Of a stretch of 44,936 nt of DNA, positions 30,801 to 41,485 are shown one piece after another. The stretch comes from Methanomicrobiales archaeon (GTDB lineage Archaea > Halobacteriota > Methanomicrobia > Methanomicrobiales > Methanospirillaceae), in NCBI GenBank assembly GCA_037137755.1, contig JBAXJR010000018.1:1-44936 (forward strand), read 5' to 3'. A model generated the notes under the pieces. The model did not search any database and was not told the origin of the DNA. It was given only the letters and a program-made list of their open reading frames with translations. The position numbers and the translations under genes were made by a program. Each line of letters begins with the position of its first letter. Positions within the stretch are counted from its first letter, which is position 1.

Positions 30801-33800
30801 TTATGTACGGTTGAACCGGTACCCTTCAACCGGTACCAGGATCTCAAACCGGGCACCAATGCCAGGGGTCCCGGTCTCCCTGATAGTGATGCCCGTGATG
30901 GCAAGGATCTCCCGGGCCAGGAAGAGGCCAAGCCCGGTGTTCTTTCCGTACCCCCTCATGAAGATCTTTTCCTTCTCATCTTCCGGTATCCCCACCCCGT
31001 TATCCTCAACGATGATGACAAGTCCCTCCCGGTCCCGTTTGCACCGGAAGGTAACACCTGTCACCCGTTCACCATGACGGACAGCATTATCGAGGAGATT
31101 AAAAAATACCCGCTCGAGCATCGGGTCAGCAAAGATTTCAGCATGGGTGCAGGTATCAGAAAATGTAACACCGGGGTTGCCGGCCTTTGCAATGATCTGG
31201 TCAATCCGGAACCATGCAGGGGAGTGGACCCCCAGCTCCTGGTACGTCCTGGTAAACTCGATCAGGCGGGCAATTGCATGGGAAGAGGCCTCGATCCTGG
31301 CTAAAAAGTCAGCAATTTCCGGGGCAGGGTTTTTCGTCGCTGCGATCTCGGTGTATCCCTGCAGGATGGTAAGCTGGTTTGCGACATCATGGCGGGTAAC
31401 GCTGTTTAAGAGGCTCAGTTTCCGGTTGGCTTCCCGGATAGCATTCTCCATGTTCCGGCGTTCAGTGATATCCCGTGCCGCTGCATAGATCAGGTCGCCT
31501 CTCGGAAAGGAACGCCACTCTATCCAGCGGTAGGTGCCGTCCTTGTGACGGTACCGGTTCGTGAAGTTGAGCACCTCGTTCTGGCCGGCAAGATCGGCAA
31601 TCGTGGCCAGTGTTGCGTTCAGGTCATCGGGGTGAACAAAGTCAAGGAAACGGTGTCCTTCAAGTTCTTCAAGCGTATATCCCAGTGCCTTTTCCCATTC
31701 CGGGTTCAGGCGCCGGAAAAATCCGTCAGTATCGGCAATGCAGAAGAGGTCAAGGCTCGTCATGAAATACTGGTTAAGTTCCTCGGTCTTTTCCTGCAGG
31801 TTATCCTCAAGATGCTTGCGCCCCGTGATATCACGGAACAGCACCATCACTGCCGGTTGCCCATCATGCAGTGTGGCAGTTGCCATAACCTCCACGTTTA
31901 TGGCAGTGCCGTCAAAACGGACGAATTTCTCCTCGACCAGGGGCACAGTCCCTTCGGGGGACTGCAACATCTCCCGGACCCACTCTGCAACGTTTGCCCG
32001 GTATTCAGGATACACAAGGTCAAGTATAGGTCTGCCGACCAGTTCATCGTTTGAAACAGCCCCGCTGATACGGACTGCCTCATCATTGGCGAACACTATC
32101 CTGCTGTTCTGGTGGACGACAACCGCGTCAAAAGAACTGGAAATGAGCCTGCGGAACCGTTCCTCGCTCTCCCGCAGTGCCTCCTCCCGCCTCCTTTCCT
32201 CCATCATGTTATGGAGCGTCCCGATGGTTGCCGGTCTTCCGTTGATTGTTGCAGAAGTAATATACATCTTGACCCGGATCCGCCTTATCCCGTCATGGTG
32301 GAGCACGGAGAACTCGTACACTTCAGGTAACACCTGCCCCTGGAGTCGTTTCTGATGACGGGTTATGACCAGTTCCCGGTCTTCAGGTGCAATCAGGTCA
32401 GCAATAGATCGCCCGACGAGTTCGGCACTACGGTAGCCTGTCAGGGTAGCAAACGAAGGGTTGTGGAATACGAGGTACCCATCCTGGGCGATGAAGATTC
32501 CGTCCTGGCTCTGCTCAATGACCGTACGGTACTTTGCCTCGCTCTCAAGCAATGCCTCCTGCGTGCTCCGCCGTTTGCTGATATCCCGGCAGAGGGTGAG
32601 GATCTGCACGGTATCACCGGATTGTAAGACCGTAGCATTGATCTCGATTGGTGTGATTGTCCCGGATGCATCCTCGTAATCGATCTCGAGGTTGCGGATG
32701 AACCCCTCCCTGATGCACTGCTTTACTGCTTCCAGATTCTTATCTTTCTCGTACGTAGCAGTCCACTCGGTCACGCTCCTTCCCACAATCTCCCCAAGGT
32801 TTGCATGACCGGTGAGACGGACATACTCAGGGTTTGCATCAAGGACCCAGCCCTGGTCATCAAGGATCACATAACCGGTACCGGTTGTCTCGATGAGCGT
32901 GCGATACTTCTCTTCGGCAAGCTTTCTGTAGGTAATATCCATTGCCGTAAATGTCACACCTTTGACGAGGTCATCCGGATCGAGCGGGGTAGAACTGAGC
33001 AGGATTTCCCTGATAGCGCCATCTTTTCGTTGCCAGCTGGTCTCTATAGTCCCGGTACCATAGTTCCGGATTTGATCATATTTTTCCTTGCCCACCCGGT
33101 TGAACTCGTCATCTGAAGGGTACAGGACCCGTGCACTCCTTCCAACCAGTTCCCCTGCTGAATAACCGGTCATCTCACAGAGCCGGTCATTCACCCTCAG
33201 CAGGATCCGGTTCGATACAAGCCCTACCCCAACAGGAGCCGCCCGAAAAATGCTTGCGAGGATCGCCTCGCGATCTTTCAGCATATCCTCGGCATTTTTC
33301 CGATCAGTGATATCAATAATCACACCGCGGAGCCCGTCAATTTTTCCATCACGATACACAGGGGAGGTATAAATGAGGACAGGGAAGGTAGTCCCATCCG
33401 TGCGGAGAGCGGTATATTCACGGTTTTCAACCGGTTCTCCCCGAACGATTTTACCGGCATTTTCGCGGACCCTATCCTGGTCTGAGGGATCAATATACGA
33501 GAGCCCGGAGATCCCTTGCGCAATATCTTCCTCGGTGAGCCCGATTGCCGATAACGCATACCGGTTGGCATAGGTGACCCTGAAATTGAGATCCATCTCA
33601 TAGATCATCTGGGGGAGCATCTCGGCAAGGTCGCGGAATTTCTCCTCGCTCTCCCTGATCTGTTGCTCACTCAGGATTAACGCTTCAAATTGTGACTGAA
33701 GTTCTTCCTGGGACGCCGAGAGCTGTTCGTTGGCTGCCCGGAGTTCCTCCTCTACCATTTTCAATGCAGTGATATCACGGATAGACTCAATCGCCCCGAT

Positions 33801-34562
33801 AACTTCACCCTGGCGATCATAGAGCGGGCTTGCCTTGCCCATCAGCGTGACCATCCGGCCCTGCGGGCGGGGTAGCGTTGTATCGGCGATCAGCTGATCT
33901 TTTTCATGGACGATATTGGCATATTTCGCCGCAATGAGGTCATCGGACTCAAATATCAGGTCAATCAGGATACGCCGGCGACTGCCGTAAAACGGGATGG
34001 CATACTCGTATTCCCCCTTCCCCAGAATATCAGCCGCAGAAACACCGGTCATCTCTTCGATGGCGCGGTTCCATGCAATGACCCGGCCTGACCGGTCGAT
34101 GGCAAACGTTGCATCGGGCAGGAAATTGATGATGTCGGAAAGTTGTTTCTCTGATTCAATGACTGACAATTCCGCCTGCCGCCGTGCAATCGCCTGCCGG
34201 ATCTTATGTGCCAGCTCGGCAAACTGTGCTTTCGGGTCTCCGCCTTTCTGGAGGTAGAAGTCCACGCCGTTGTTGATCGCCTCGATCACCACCTCCTCGC
34301 GGCCCCGGCCGGTAAAGAGAATAAAAGGAATATTACCATGGTTGCTCCGGACAGCTTTTAATAAGGCAATGCCGTCCATTTCAGGCATCTGGTAATCAGA
34401 AATAATGGCGTGGTACGAGTGCTTGCCGATCGATTGCAGTGCGTGTTCTGCAGAAGTTTCGATATCAACAGAAAATTCAGTTGTCTTTTCCAGAAAACGT
34501 TTTGCGATCTCTAACAGGCCTGGCTCATCATCAATATAGAGGACCCGGAATGTACCTGCCAT
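30801..34562 (-). CDS. Hybrid sensor histidine kinase: REC - 7 PAS - HisKA - HATPase
   Basis: REC 'VLYIDDEP...IISDYQMPEMDG...FTGRGREE'; seven PAS units, most ending in DIT/DIS; H-box 'VTRHDVANQL'; 'NLLDNAVRHG', 'EDNGVGIP', 'TGLGLFL'. ATG 34562 preferred to TTG 34571. No TM segments. Confidence 0.95.
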   Translation of the reverse strand: MAGTFRVLYIDDEPGLLEIAKRFLEKTTEFSVDIETSAEHALQSIGKHSYHAIISDYQMPEMDGIALLKAVRSNHGNIPFILFTGRGREEVVIEAINNGVDFYLQKGGDPKAQFAELAHKIRQAIARRQAELSVIESEKQLSDIINFLPDATFAIDRSGRVIAWNRAIEEMTGVSAADILGKGEYEYAIPFYGSRRRILIDLIFESDDLIAAKYANIVHEKDQLIADTTLPRPQGRMVTLMGKASPLYDRQGEVIGAIESIRDITALKMVEEELRAANEQLSASQEELQSQFEALILSEQQIRESEEKFRDLAEMLPQMIYEMDLNFRVTYANRYALSAIGLTEEDIAQGISGLSYIDPSDQDRVRENAGKIVRGEPVENREYTALRTDGTTFPVLIYTSPVYRDGKIDGLRGVIIDITDRKNAEDMLKDREAILASIFRAAPVGVGLVSNRILLRVNDRLCEMTGYSAGELVGRSARVLYPSDDEFNRVGKEKYDQIRNYGTGTIETSWQRKDGAIREILLSSTPLDPDDLVKGVTFTAMDITYRKLAEEKYRTLIETTGTGYVILDDQGWVLDANPEYVRLTGHANLGEIVGRSVTEWTATYEKDKNLEAVKQCIREGFIRNLEIDYEDASGTITPIEINATVLQSGDTVQILTLCRDISKRRSTQEALLESEAKYRTVIEQSQDGIFIAQDGYLVFHNPSFATLTGYRSAELVGRSIADLIAPEDRELVITRHQKRLQGQVLPEVYEFSVLHHDGIRRIRVKMYITSATINGRPATIGTLHNMMEERRREEALRESEERFRRLISSSFDAVVVHQNSRIVFANDEAVRISGAVSNDELVGRPILDLVYPEYRANVAEWVREMLQSPEGTVPLVEEKFVRFDGTAINVEVMATATLHDGQPAVMVLFRDITGRKHLEDNLQEKTEELNQYFMTSLDLFCIADTDGFFRRLNPEWEKALGYTLEELEGHRFLDFVHPDDLNATLATIADLAGQNEVLNFTNRYRHKDGTYRWIEWRSFPRGDLIYAAARDITERRNMENAIREANRKLSLLNSVTRHDVANQLTILQGYTEIAATKNPAPEIADFLARIEASSHAIARLIEFTRTYQELGVHSPAWFRIDQIIAKAGNPGVTFSDTCTHAEIFADPMLERVFFNLLDNAVRHGERVTGVTFRCKRDREGLVIIVEDNGVGIPEDEKEKIFMRGYGKNTGLGLFLAREILAITGITIRETGTPGIGARFEILVPVEGYRFNRT

Positions 34563-34804
34563 AGCATTCAACTTTCTGCCTGGTACCTCATACCTTTTTG
34601 CATTGAGATATGGACCCCAGCAATCCCGGTTTTTCTCTCCGGGACCGGGTCCATACGATCATAATGGCATTGCTACTACAGGAGGACTACGGGAATGGGG
34701 TGTCCGGGAGCAGGGCCAGGGGGTATGCTTTTTTATTCCTCATGTTATATGGCCCGGCTCACTATAGGGTAAAACTCTGGAACGAAAACGGTTTAACAAT
34801 GTAA

Positions 34805-35602
34805 TTATTTCTTATATCCCGTTTTTTCGTCAAGTTTCTTTTCAAGGTCCCAGAGGAGGAACATATCAATATCCGCATAGGTCTTCTTTCCCACCTCGAA
34901 CGGGTTGTCCATATCTCTTATCAGGAGGAGAAGGGAGATGAGCAGCATCGAGAGGACCGTAAACAGGACAAGACCCTCATAGTAGGGATCAAGCTTAACA
35001 AAGAACAGTAAGATGATCACACCTGCCGCAGCCAGTTCTGCAATTGCGTACGCTGCCGGTATGAACGATGTCTCGGCAATGGTCTTTACCCGGTGAGAAA
35101 GGCGGTCAATTGCCGTAAGTTCACTTTTTAGTTTGATAATAAAATTCGGTGGGACTCCCTCGTCAACAAGTGTTGAGATGTCTGCGGTAACTGCATCAAT
35201 GGCAATGTCCATCTCTTCCAGGTTCCACCTGTTATTCCGGAAGTTATTATTGATACACCGCATCAGGGCAGCGATATTTTCCTGCATGCCTGCAACAAGA
35301 GTCACATCCTTCACCCGTACAAGGGTGAAATCGCTGTAAAGTGTCCGAATCGATGTTACAATCTCACCAGGGATCTTCTCACTTTCCTTGTAATCGGTCA
35401 GTGTCCCTGCAAAAATAATCGCGATGGTAAAAATCGCACCACCGATAAACGCGGTGATCAGGTTTGTCACAGAGAGTATGTCAAAATTCAGGTAATCAAA
35501 AACCAGCCGTACAATAAGCAGGGTAAGGGTGATTCCTGATGCCTTGAGAATGAGTCCCCATTTCGTCATGAATGATCCCATAATTATCACACGATATACC
35601 AA
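34805..35602 (-). CDS. Bestrophin-like / DUF4239-type membrane protein
   Basis: 2 TM + helical cytoplasmic domain + 2 TM ending in 'LIRDMDNPF'. Start may be ATG 35569. Confidence 0.7.
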   Translation of the reverse strand: MVYRVIIMGSFMTKWGLILKASGITLTLLIVRLVFDYLNFDILSVTNLITAFIGGAIFTIAIIFAGTLTDYKESEKIPGEIVTSIRTLYSDFTLVRVKDVTLVAGMQENIAALMRCINNNFRNNRWNLEEMDIAIDAVTADISTLVDEGVPPNFIIKLKSELTAIDRLSHRVKTIAETSFIPAAYAIAELAAAGVIILLFFVKLDPYYEGLVLFTVLSMLLISLLLLIRDMDNPFEVGKKTYADIDMFLLWDLEKKLDEKTGYKK

Positions 35603-35693
35603 TTATGCATGATGTTTATTCAATGCATAGTGGTCACCGTCGTTCCAGGCAGACCATTTACACAATCATTTTTCAACCCGGTGGTGACGATGT

Positions 35694-36333
35694 TCATCTC
35701 AGTTGCGCCTTCCTCGCATTCCAGTACTTAAAACACTCAAACCAGACGATGCTGAGTGCAACGGCCACAGCACATATCAGAAGGTCGGTGATTGGCACGA
35801 CCCCGAATCCAAAAAGCGTCTGGAGTATCGGAACATACAAGACGAGCAGCAGGCAGCTGATCGTCCCTGCAAACACCCACCACATTGCCTTGTTAGGAGT
35901 GCGCAATGTTGTCAGAATCGTATCTCAGACCTTGACCTGTTTGTCAGGATAAGGAAAAGGTTTGCAACCACGATGGTCGTGAAAGTCAGCGTCCTCACCT
36001 CAGTTTCACTAAAACCCCGGGCCAGGGCATTCACATACACGACGAGGACTATCGCCAGTACAACAAACCCTGGAGCAGGCTGAGTCCCAGGGTCCACCTC
36101 GTGAAAAGCCCTTCATCCTTTTGCCAGGGTGGACGGTCCATGACGTTCTTTTCTTCTTTTTCAGATTCAAAGACGATCGAGCAGGCCGGGTCAATGACCA
36201 GTTCGAGAAAGACGATTTGTACCGGCAGCATAACAAGTGGCAGGTTAAAGAGGACAGGTATAAGCGACATTCCAGCGATTGGGACATGGATGGAGAAAAT
36301 ATATGCCATCGCCTTTTTCAGGTTCCGCCTTCC
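35694..36333 (-). pseudogene. Remnant of a cation-transporting P-type ATPase (C-terminal TM region only)
   Basis: Three frames join into 'GRRNLKKAMAYIFSIHVPIAG...QIVFLELVIDPACSIVFESE.EE.NVMDRPP / VVLAIVL...RTLTFTTIVVANLFLILTNRS / TLRTPNKAMWW...LYVP.LQTLFGF'. Frameshifts near 36066 and 35923; everything upstream of GRR is missing. Confidence 0.88.
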
Positions 36334-36403
36334 AGGGAGAAACGCGTATATTAAATCATTAAAAAAAAGAATAGGATAAATGATTTAGACGATCAGTGCA
36401 CTG

Positions 36404-39400
36404 ATGTACTCTCTCCTCTATGTTGATGACGAACCGGGCCTTCTCGAAATCGGCAAATTGTTTCTGGAGGTGAACGGAGATTTTTCTGTTACAACTATTA
36501 ATTCGGCCTCTGCTGCGTTAGATCTCCTCAAGGAGGAAAATTTTGCTGCTATCATCTCCGATTACCAGATGCCGGAGATGAACGGGATCACGTTCCTCAA
36601 GAAGCTCAAAGCATCGGGGAATACAACACCGTTTATCATCTTCACCGGAAAGGGGCGTGAAGAGGTGGTCATTGAAGCACTCAACGAGGGTGCAGATTTT
36701 TATCTCCAGAAAGGCGGGGACCCGGTATCACAATTTGCCGAACTCGCACACAAGGTCCGATCAGCAATAAGCCATAAAAAAGCAGAGAAACTTGCAAAAG
36801 ATACAGAGAGGAGGCTCTATGATATTATTAATTTCCTGCCTGATGCGACATTTGCGATAGATACAATAGGAAAGGTGATTGCATGGAACCGGGCAATCGA
36901 GGAGATGACCGGGATTCCAGCCACAGAAATGCTCGGCAAGGGGGACTACGAATACGCCATTCCCTTTTACGGGGTGCGTCGCCCGATTCTTATCGATGTG
37001 GTATCTATTTCAGATGAAGAACTTTCCAGGGACTATTACGCAATCGTCAAAAAAGAGGGAGATATCCTCATCGCGGAGACGACACTTCCCCGACCTATGG
37101 GAAGATATTCAGTCCTGCTTGGAAAAGCCACCCTCCTGTATAATGATGAAGGGGAGGCTATCGGCGCCATTGAATCTATCAGGGATATTACAGAACAGAA
37201 GCGGGCCGAGGAAGAACTCAGGAAAGCCCGTGACGAATATGTCGATCTGCTTGAACACATGAATGATGTGTATTACCGGAGCGATACCGAGGGACGGCTT
37301 ATTCTTGCAAGTAAATCGTGGGTGAAAGACCTTGGGTACGATGACCTCTCCGAGTGTCTTGGTAAAAATATCGCCGATACATTCTATGCAAACCCTGCCG
37401 AACGTAAGCGATTTGTTGAAGAGGTAAACCGGAATGGTTCCGTGTCCGATTACGAGGTTATCCTGAAGAAAAAGGACGGGACGGCACTCCCTGTTGCGAC
37501 AAGCAGTTACCTCTATTTCGATGATTCCGGTAACGTGCTTGGGATTGAGGGTACGTGGCGTGATATCACCGAGCGAAAGCAGGCTGAAGAGACCATCCTG
37601 CGGATAAATGAGTCCTTATACCGGCAGACAAAATCTCTGTCAATACTGAGCCGGATAATTACTACCGTGAATAAGGCTGTCAACCGGCAACAACTTCTCG
37701 ATGAAATCCTGGACGAAACACTTACCCTGCTTGATTATGATGCCGGGGGTATCTACCTGGTTGATCATACTGCAGGGAGAGCAGAGATTGTTTGTTCAAA
37801 AAATATTTCCCCCGGTTTCATCAGTGAAATCGGAAATGTCTCCATTAATGTTCCTCCGTATGACTCGCTTTTTGTTAAAGGGGTACCCCTGTTTACCGAT
37901 AACTATGAACAAGTCTCCCCGCTACACTTCGGGATGACGGGGTATTACTCCCTGGCAAGTGTCCCCCTTTTCTCAAAAAATATGATTATCGGGGCCCTGA
38001 ACGTCGCAAGTAAACAGCGGCACATAATTTCCGAGGATGAACAGCAGACACTTATTTCGATCGGGCGGGAACTCGGAACTATTTTTGAGAGGATAAGCGC
38101 TGAGGAAGAATCGAAAAAAGCAGAAAAGGCGCTTGAAGAGAACGAATCCCGCCTCCGCAGCATTATCCGGGTTGCACCGGTTGGTATTGGTGTTGCCATC
38201 AACCGGGTTATCCAGTCGGTCAATGACCAGTTCTGCCAGATAACGGGGTACAGTGCTGACGAACTCATTGGTAAACCGGCACGGTTTCTCTACCCGGCAC
38301 AGGAGGACTACGACTATGTCGGCAAGGAGAAATACGGCCAAATCGCCTCAAAAGGGCATGGTTCTGTCGAGACCAGGTTTCAGAAGAAAGATGGGAAAAT
38401 TATTGATGTCCTCCTCTCCTCGGCACCCATCGATCCGTCCAACCTTTCCGTTGGTGTGATATTTACTGCACTTGACATCACCGAACGAAAGATTGCGGAG
38501 AAGAATCTCTGGTTTTCAGAGAGAAAGTTTGCTGCTGCGTTCGATGCAAGTCCTGATCCCATGGCTATCACAGATATCAAAACCGGGGCTCTTCTGGATA
38601 TTAACCATTCATTTGAAATATGGTCGGGGTATTCCCGGGAGGAGATTTCCGGTAAAACTACTATTGGCATGAATTTCTGGGTATATCCGGAAGAACGGGA
38701 CGCGGTTGTCAGTTTATTAAATAAAGAGGGGATAGTAACCAAAAAAGAGGTGGCCTTAAGGACAAAAACAGGAGAGGTCCGGAATATTTTGTTTTCGGCA
38801 ACAGTGTTCGGGATTGGGGATCATACCTACATGCTCTCCGTTTCAGAGGATATAACCGAACGCAAGCGGGTGGAGGAGGCCCTGCACCAGGCCCACCGGC
38901 GTCTCCGGAGTTTTATCGACGCCAATATCGTGGGTGTCATAATCGCCAGTCCTTCAGGGAAGGTAATCGATGCCAATGATTATTATCTGCGTCTGATCGG
39001 GTATACCCGCGAGGAGTTTGAGCAGGGAAGGGTTGACTGGCGGGCCGTCACACCCCCGGAATGGCTCCCTGCTGATGAACAGGCAATAGAAGAACTCCGC
39101 CAGCATGGCAGGTGTACGCCATACGAGAAGGAATATATACGCCGGGACGGGGCCCGTGTCCCGGTCTTCCTGTCCGACGCCATGGTGCCGGGTCCTGAAG
39201 AACAAATTGTAGCCTTTGCTCTCGACATCACCGAACGGAAGAAGGTGGAGGTTGCGCTGCGGGAAAGCGAGGAGAAATACCGCATCCTTGTCGAGAATGC
39301 AGGAGAAGTCCTGGTGGTTGCGCAGGGCCGGTACCTGAAATTCGCAAACCCAAGAACGGTCGAAGTCACCGGTTATGCCCGCGAAGAGCTCCTCTCACGC

Positions 39401-41401
39401 CCGTTCATTGAGTTCATCCACCCTGATGACCGCAGCATGGTTGCAGCCAACTACCAACGCAGGACCGGGGGGGAAGCAGCCCCGGACCTGTATTGTTTCC
39501 GGCTCGTGAGAAAAGACGGGGAGGTGCGGTGGATGGAGATCCGGGCAGTCCCCATCTCCTGGGAAGGAGCACCGGCAACCCTGAATTTCCTCATTGATAT
39601 CACGGAAAAAAGAATTGCAGAAAAATCCCTGGTAGTAAGCGAGGAGCAGTCCCGCACGGAAAAAGCCCTCCTCTGCTCACTGATTGATGCCCTCCCGTTT
39701 GACGTCTGGGCAAAGCATAGTGACGGCCGGTACATTTTGCAGAATGCCCAATCCATCCGGCTCTGGGGTGACTGCCTGAACAAGACAACTGCCAGCCTCG
39801 TGTACCCGCAGGATGTCCTCAACCACTGGCAGGAGAACTCCCGGAAAGCGATGGGTGGAGAAACCGTATCGGGCGAGTTTGTGTGGGAGACAGGGGAGAT
39901 ATGCAGGGTCTACCACGAGATCATAACCCCTGTTACGGTACAGGACGATATTATAGGGATCATTGGTGTCAACATTGATATCACCGGGCTAAAGCAGGTG
40001 GAGGAAGCACTACGGGAGAGCGATGCGCAAAAAAAGGCTATCCTGAATGGCATTACCACCAACATTGCGTTTGTTGACAACAATCTGAAGATCCTCTGGG
40101 CGAACAGGGTTGCCGCCGAATCTGTGGACAAACAGCCAGCCGAAATGATTGGCCACACCTGTCACGCCCTGTGGGCGGACCCGGAACGACCGTGTGAAAA
40201 CTGCCCTACATTACGGGCCTTTGAATCAAAAAAGCCGGAGCATACAATTATGTACACACCCGATGGCAGGGTCTGGAACGAGAGGGGTGAGCCGGTATTC
40301 GATGAAACGGGAAATTTGATCGGTGTGGTTGAAATCGCCCAGGACATCACTGATCGTACGCGGGCTGAGGAGGCATTGCGCGAAAGCGAAAAGAACCTCA
40401 GGGAAGCCCAGAAAATCGCACGGCTGGGCCAATGGGACCTTGACCTTGTTAACAATATACTGCACTGGTCAGAAGGGATTTTCGAGATGTTTGGAACCAA
40501 TCCCAGGGAATTCGGGGCGACATATGAAGCGTTCCTGGAGCTTATCCATCCCGATGACCGGGAGATGGTCAACCGGGCCTACGCCGAGTCTTTGAAAACC
40601 CGGCAACCATACGAGATCTCACATCGCCTGCTCATGAAAGAAGGGCGGGTCAAATGGGTGAACGAAATCGGTCATACGGATTATGACTCCGGGGGTAAGC
40701 CGCTACGCTCTGTTGGCATTGTGCAGGACATAAGCGTGATCAAACAGGCTGAAGAGGCGCTCCAGAAGGCTAACCGCAAACTTAACCTCCTCTCCGGCAT
40801 CACCCGGCACGACATCAACAACCAGCTCTTTGCATTGAATGGCTTTCTGGAGTTGCTACATAAAAAAACCCGGGACCAAGGACTTGAGGATTATTTCACC
40901 CGGATCACCAGGACCAGTTCCCTGATCTCAACGATGATCCAGTTCACCAGTGAATACGAGCAGATTGGTGTCCACGCCCCTGCCTGGCAGGATATTCGCG
41001 CACTCGTTGATACCGCGGAGAAAGAAGCCCCGCTGGGAAATATTATCGTGAATAATGACCTTCCCGCCGGAACAGAAGTGTTCGCCGACCCGCTCATCAC
41101 CAAGGTCTTTTACAACCTGATGGACAACGCAGTGAGATATGGTATGAAGATTACGACCATCAGGTTCTCTGTTGAAAAATCCGGTGACGGCCCTGTCATT
41201 GTCTGCGAGGATGACGGTGTGGGGGTCCCTGTAGAGGAGAAGGAAAAGATTTTTGAGCGGGGATTTGGAAAGAACACCGGCCTTGGACTATTTCTTTCCC
41301 GGGAGATCCTTACGATAACCGGGATCACAATTACAGAAACTGGCGAGCCTGGCAGGGGAGCACGGTTTGAGATTCAGGTCCCCAGGGGATTGTACCGGTA
41401 A
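36404..41401 (+). CDS. Hybrid sensor histidine kinase: REC - 2 PAS - GAF - 7 PAS - HisKA - HATPase
   Basis: REC 'LLYVDDEP...IISDYQMPEMNG'; GAF 'DAGGIYLVD...SLASVPL....IIGALNVAS'; nine PAS units; 'ITRHDINNQL', 'NLMDNAVRYG', 'EDDGVGVP', 'TGLGLFL'. Confidence 0.95.
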   Translation: MYSLLYVDDEPGLLEIGKLFLEVNGDFSVTTINSASAALDLLKEENFAAIISDYQMPEMNGITFLKKLKASGNTTPFIIFTGKGREEVVIEALNEGADFYLQKGGDPVSQFAELAHKVRSAISHKKAEKLAKDTERRLYDIINFLPDATFAIDTIGKVIAWNRAIEEMTGIPATEMLGKGDYEYAIPFYGVRRPILIDVVSISDEELSRDYYAIVKKEGDILIAETTLPRPMGRYSVLLGKATLLYNDEGEAIGAIESIRDITEQKRAEEELRKARDEYVDLLEHMNDVYYRSDTEGRLILASKSWVKDLGYDDLSECLGKNIADTFYANPAERKRFVEEVNRNGSVSDYEVILKKKDGTALPVATSSYLYFDDSGNVLGIEGTWRDITERKQAEETILRINESLYRQTKSLSILSRIITTVNKAVNRQQLLDEILDETLTLLDYDAGGIYLVDHTAGRAEIVCSKNISPGFISEIGNVSINVPPYDSLFVKGVPLFTDNYEQVSPLHFGMTGYYSLASVPLFSKNMIIGALNVASKQRHIISEDEQQTLISIGRELGTIFERISAEEESKKAEKALEENESRLRSIIRVAPVGIGVAINRVIQSVNDQFCQITGYSADELIGKPARFLYPAQEDYDYVGKEKYGQIASKGHGSVETRFQKKDGKIIDVLLSSAPIDPSNLSVGVIFTALDITERKIAEKNLWFSERKFAAAFDASPDPMAITDIKTGALLDINHSFEIWSGYSREEISGKTTIGMNFWVYPEERDAVVSLLNKEGIVTKKEVALRTKTGEVRNILFSATVFGIGDHTYMLSVSEDITERKRVEEALHQAHRRLRSFIDANIVGVIIASPSGKVIDANDYYLRLIGYTREEFEQGRVDWRAVTPPEWLPADEQAIEELRQHGRCTPYEKEYIRRDGARVPVFLSDAMVPGPEEQIVAFALDITERKKVEVALRESEEKYRILVENAGEVLVVAQGRYLKFANPRTVEVTGYAREELLSRPFIEFIHPDDRSMVAANYQRRTGGEAAPDLYCFRLVRKDGEVRWMEIRAVPISWEGAPATLNFLIDITEKRIAEKSLVVSEEQSRTEKALLCSLIDALPFDVWAKHSDGRYILQNAQSIRLWGDCLNKTTASLVYPQDVLNHWQENSRKAMGGETVSGEFVWETGEICRVYHEIITPVTVQDDIIGIIGVNIDITGLKQVEEALRESDAQKKAILNGITTNIAFVDNNLKILWANRVAAESVDKQPAEMIGHTCHALWADPERPCENCPTLRAFESKKPEHTIMYTPDGRVWNERGEPVFDETGNLIGVVEIAQDITDRTRAEEALRESEKNLREAQKIARLGQWDLDLVNNILHWSEGIFEMFGTNPREFGATYEAFLELIHPDDREMVNRAYAESLKTRQPYEISHRLLMKEGRVKWVNEIGHTDYDSGGKPLRSVGIVQDISVIKQAEEALQKANRKLNLLSGITRHDINNQLFALNGFLELLHKKTRDQGLEDYFTRITRTSSLISTMIQFTSEYEQIGVHAPAWQDIRALVDTAEKEAPLGNIIVNNDLPAGTEVFADPLITKVFYNLMDNAVRYGMKITTIRFSVEKSGDGPVIVCEDDGVGVPVEEKEKIFERGFGKNTGLGLFLSREILTITGITITETGEPGRGARFEIQVPRGLYR

Positions 41402-41485
41402 TTTTTTACGGTTTTGTTGTTTCTTCGTATTGAAATTGTGTTATTTTAAAAAAAAAAATTTAGTTAATTCATCGGAAAAATGTAC

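Noticed and set aside
1967-41328. Numerous 60-200 aa ORFs antisense to or overlapping the long genes (e.g. 2810-3379, 5311-5790, 13749-14318, 22738-23328, 31738-32355)
   Set aside because: They are shadow frames of well-supported genes, with no recognisable motifs or independent start signals.
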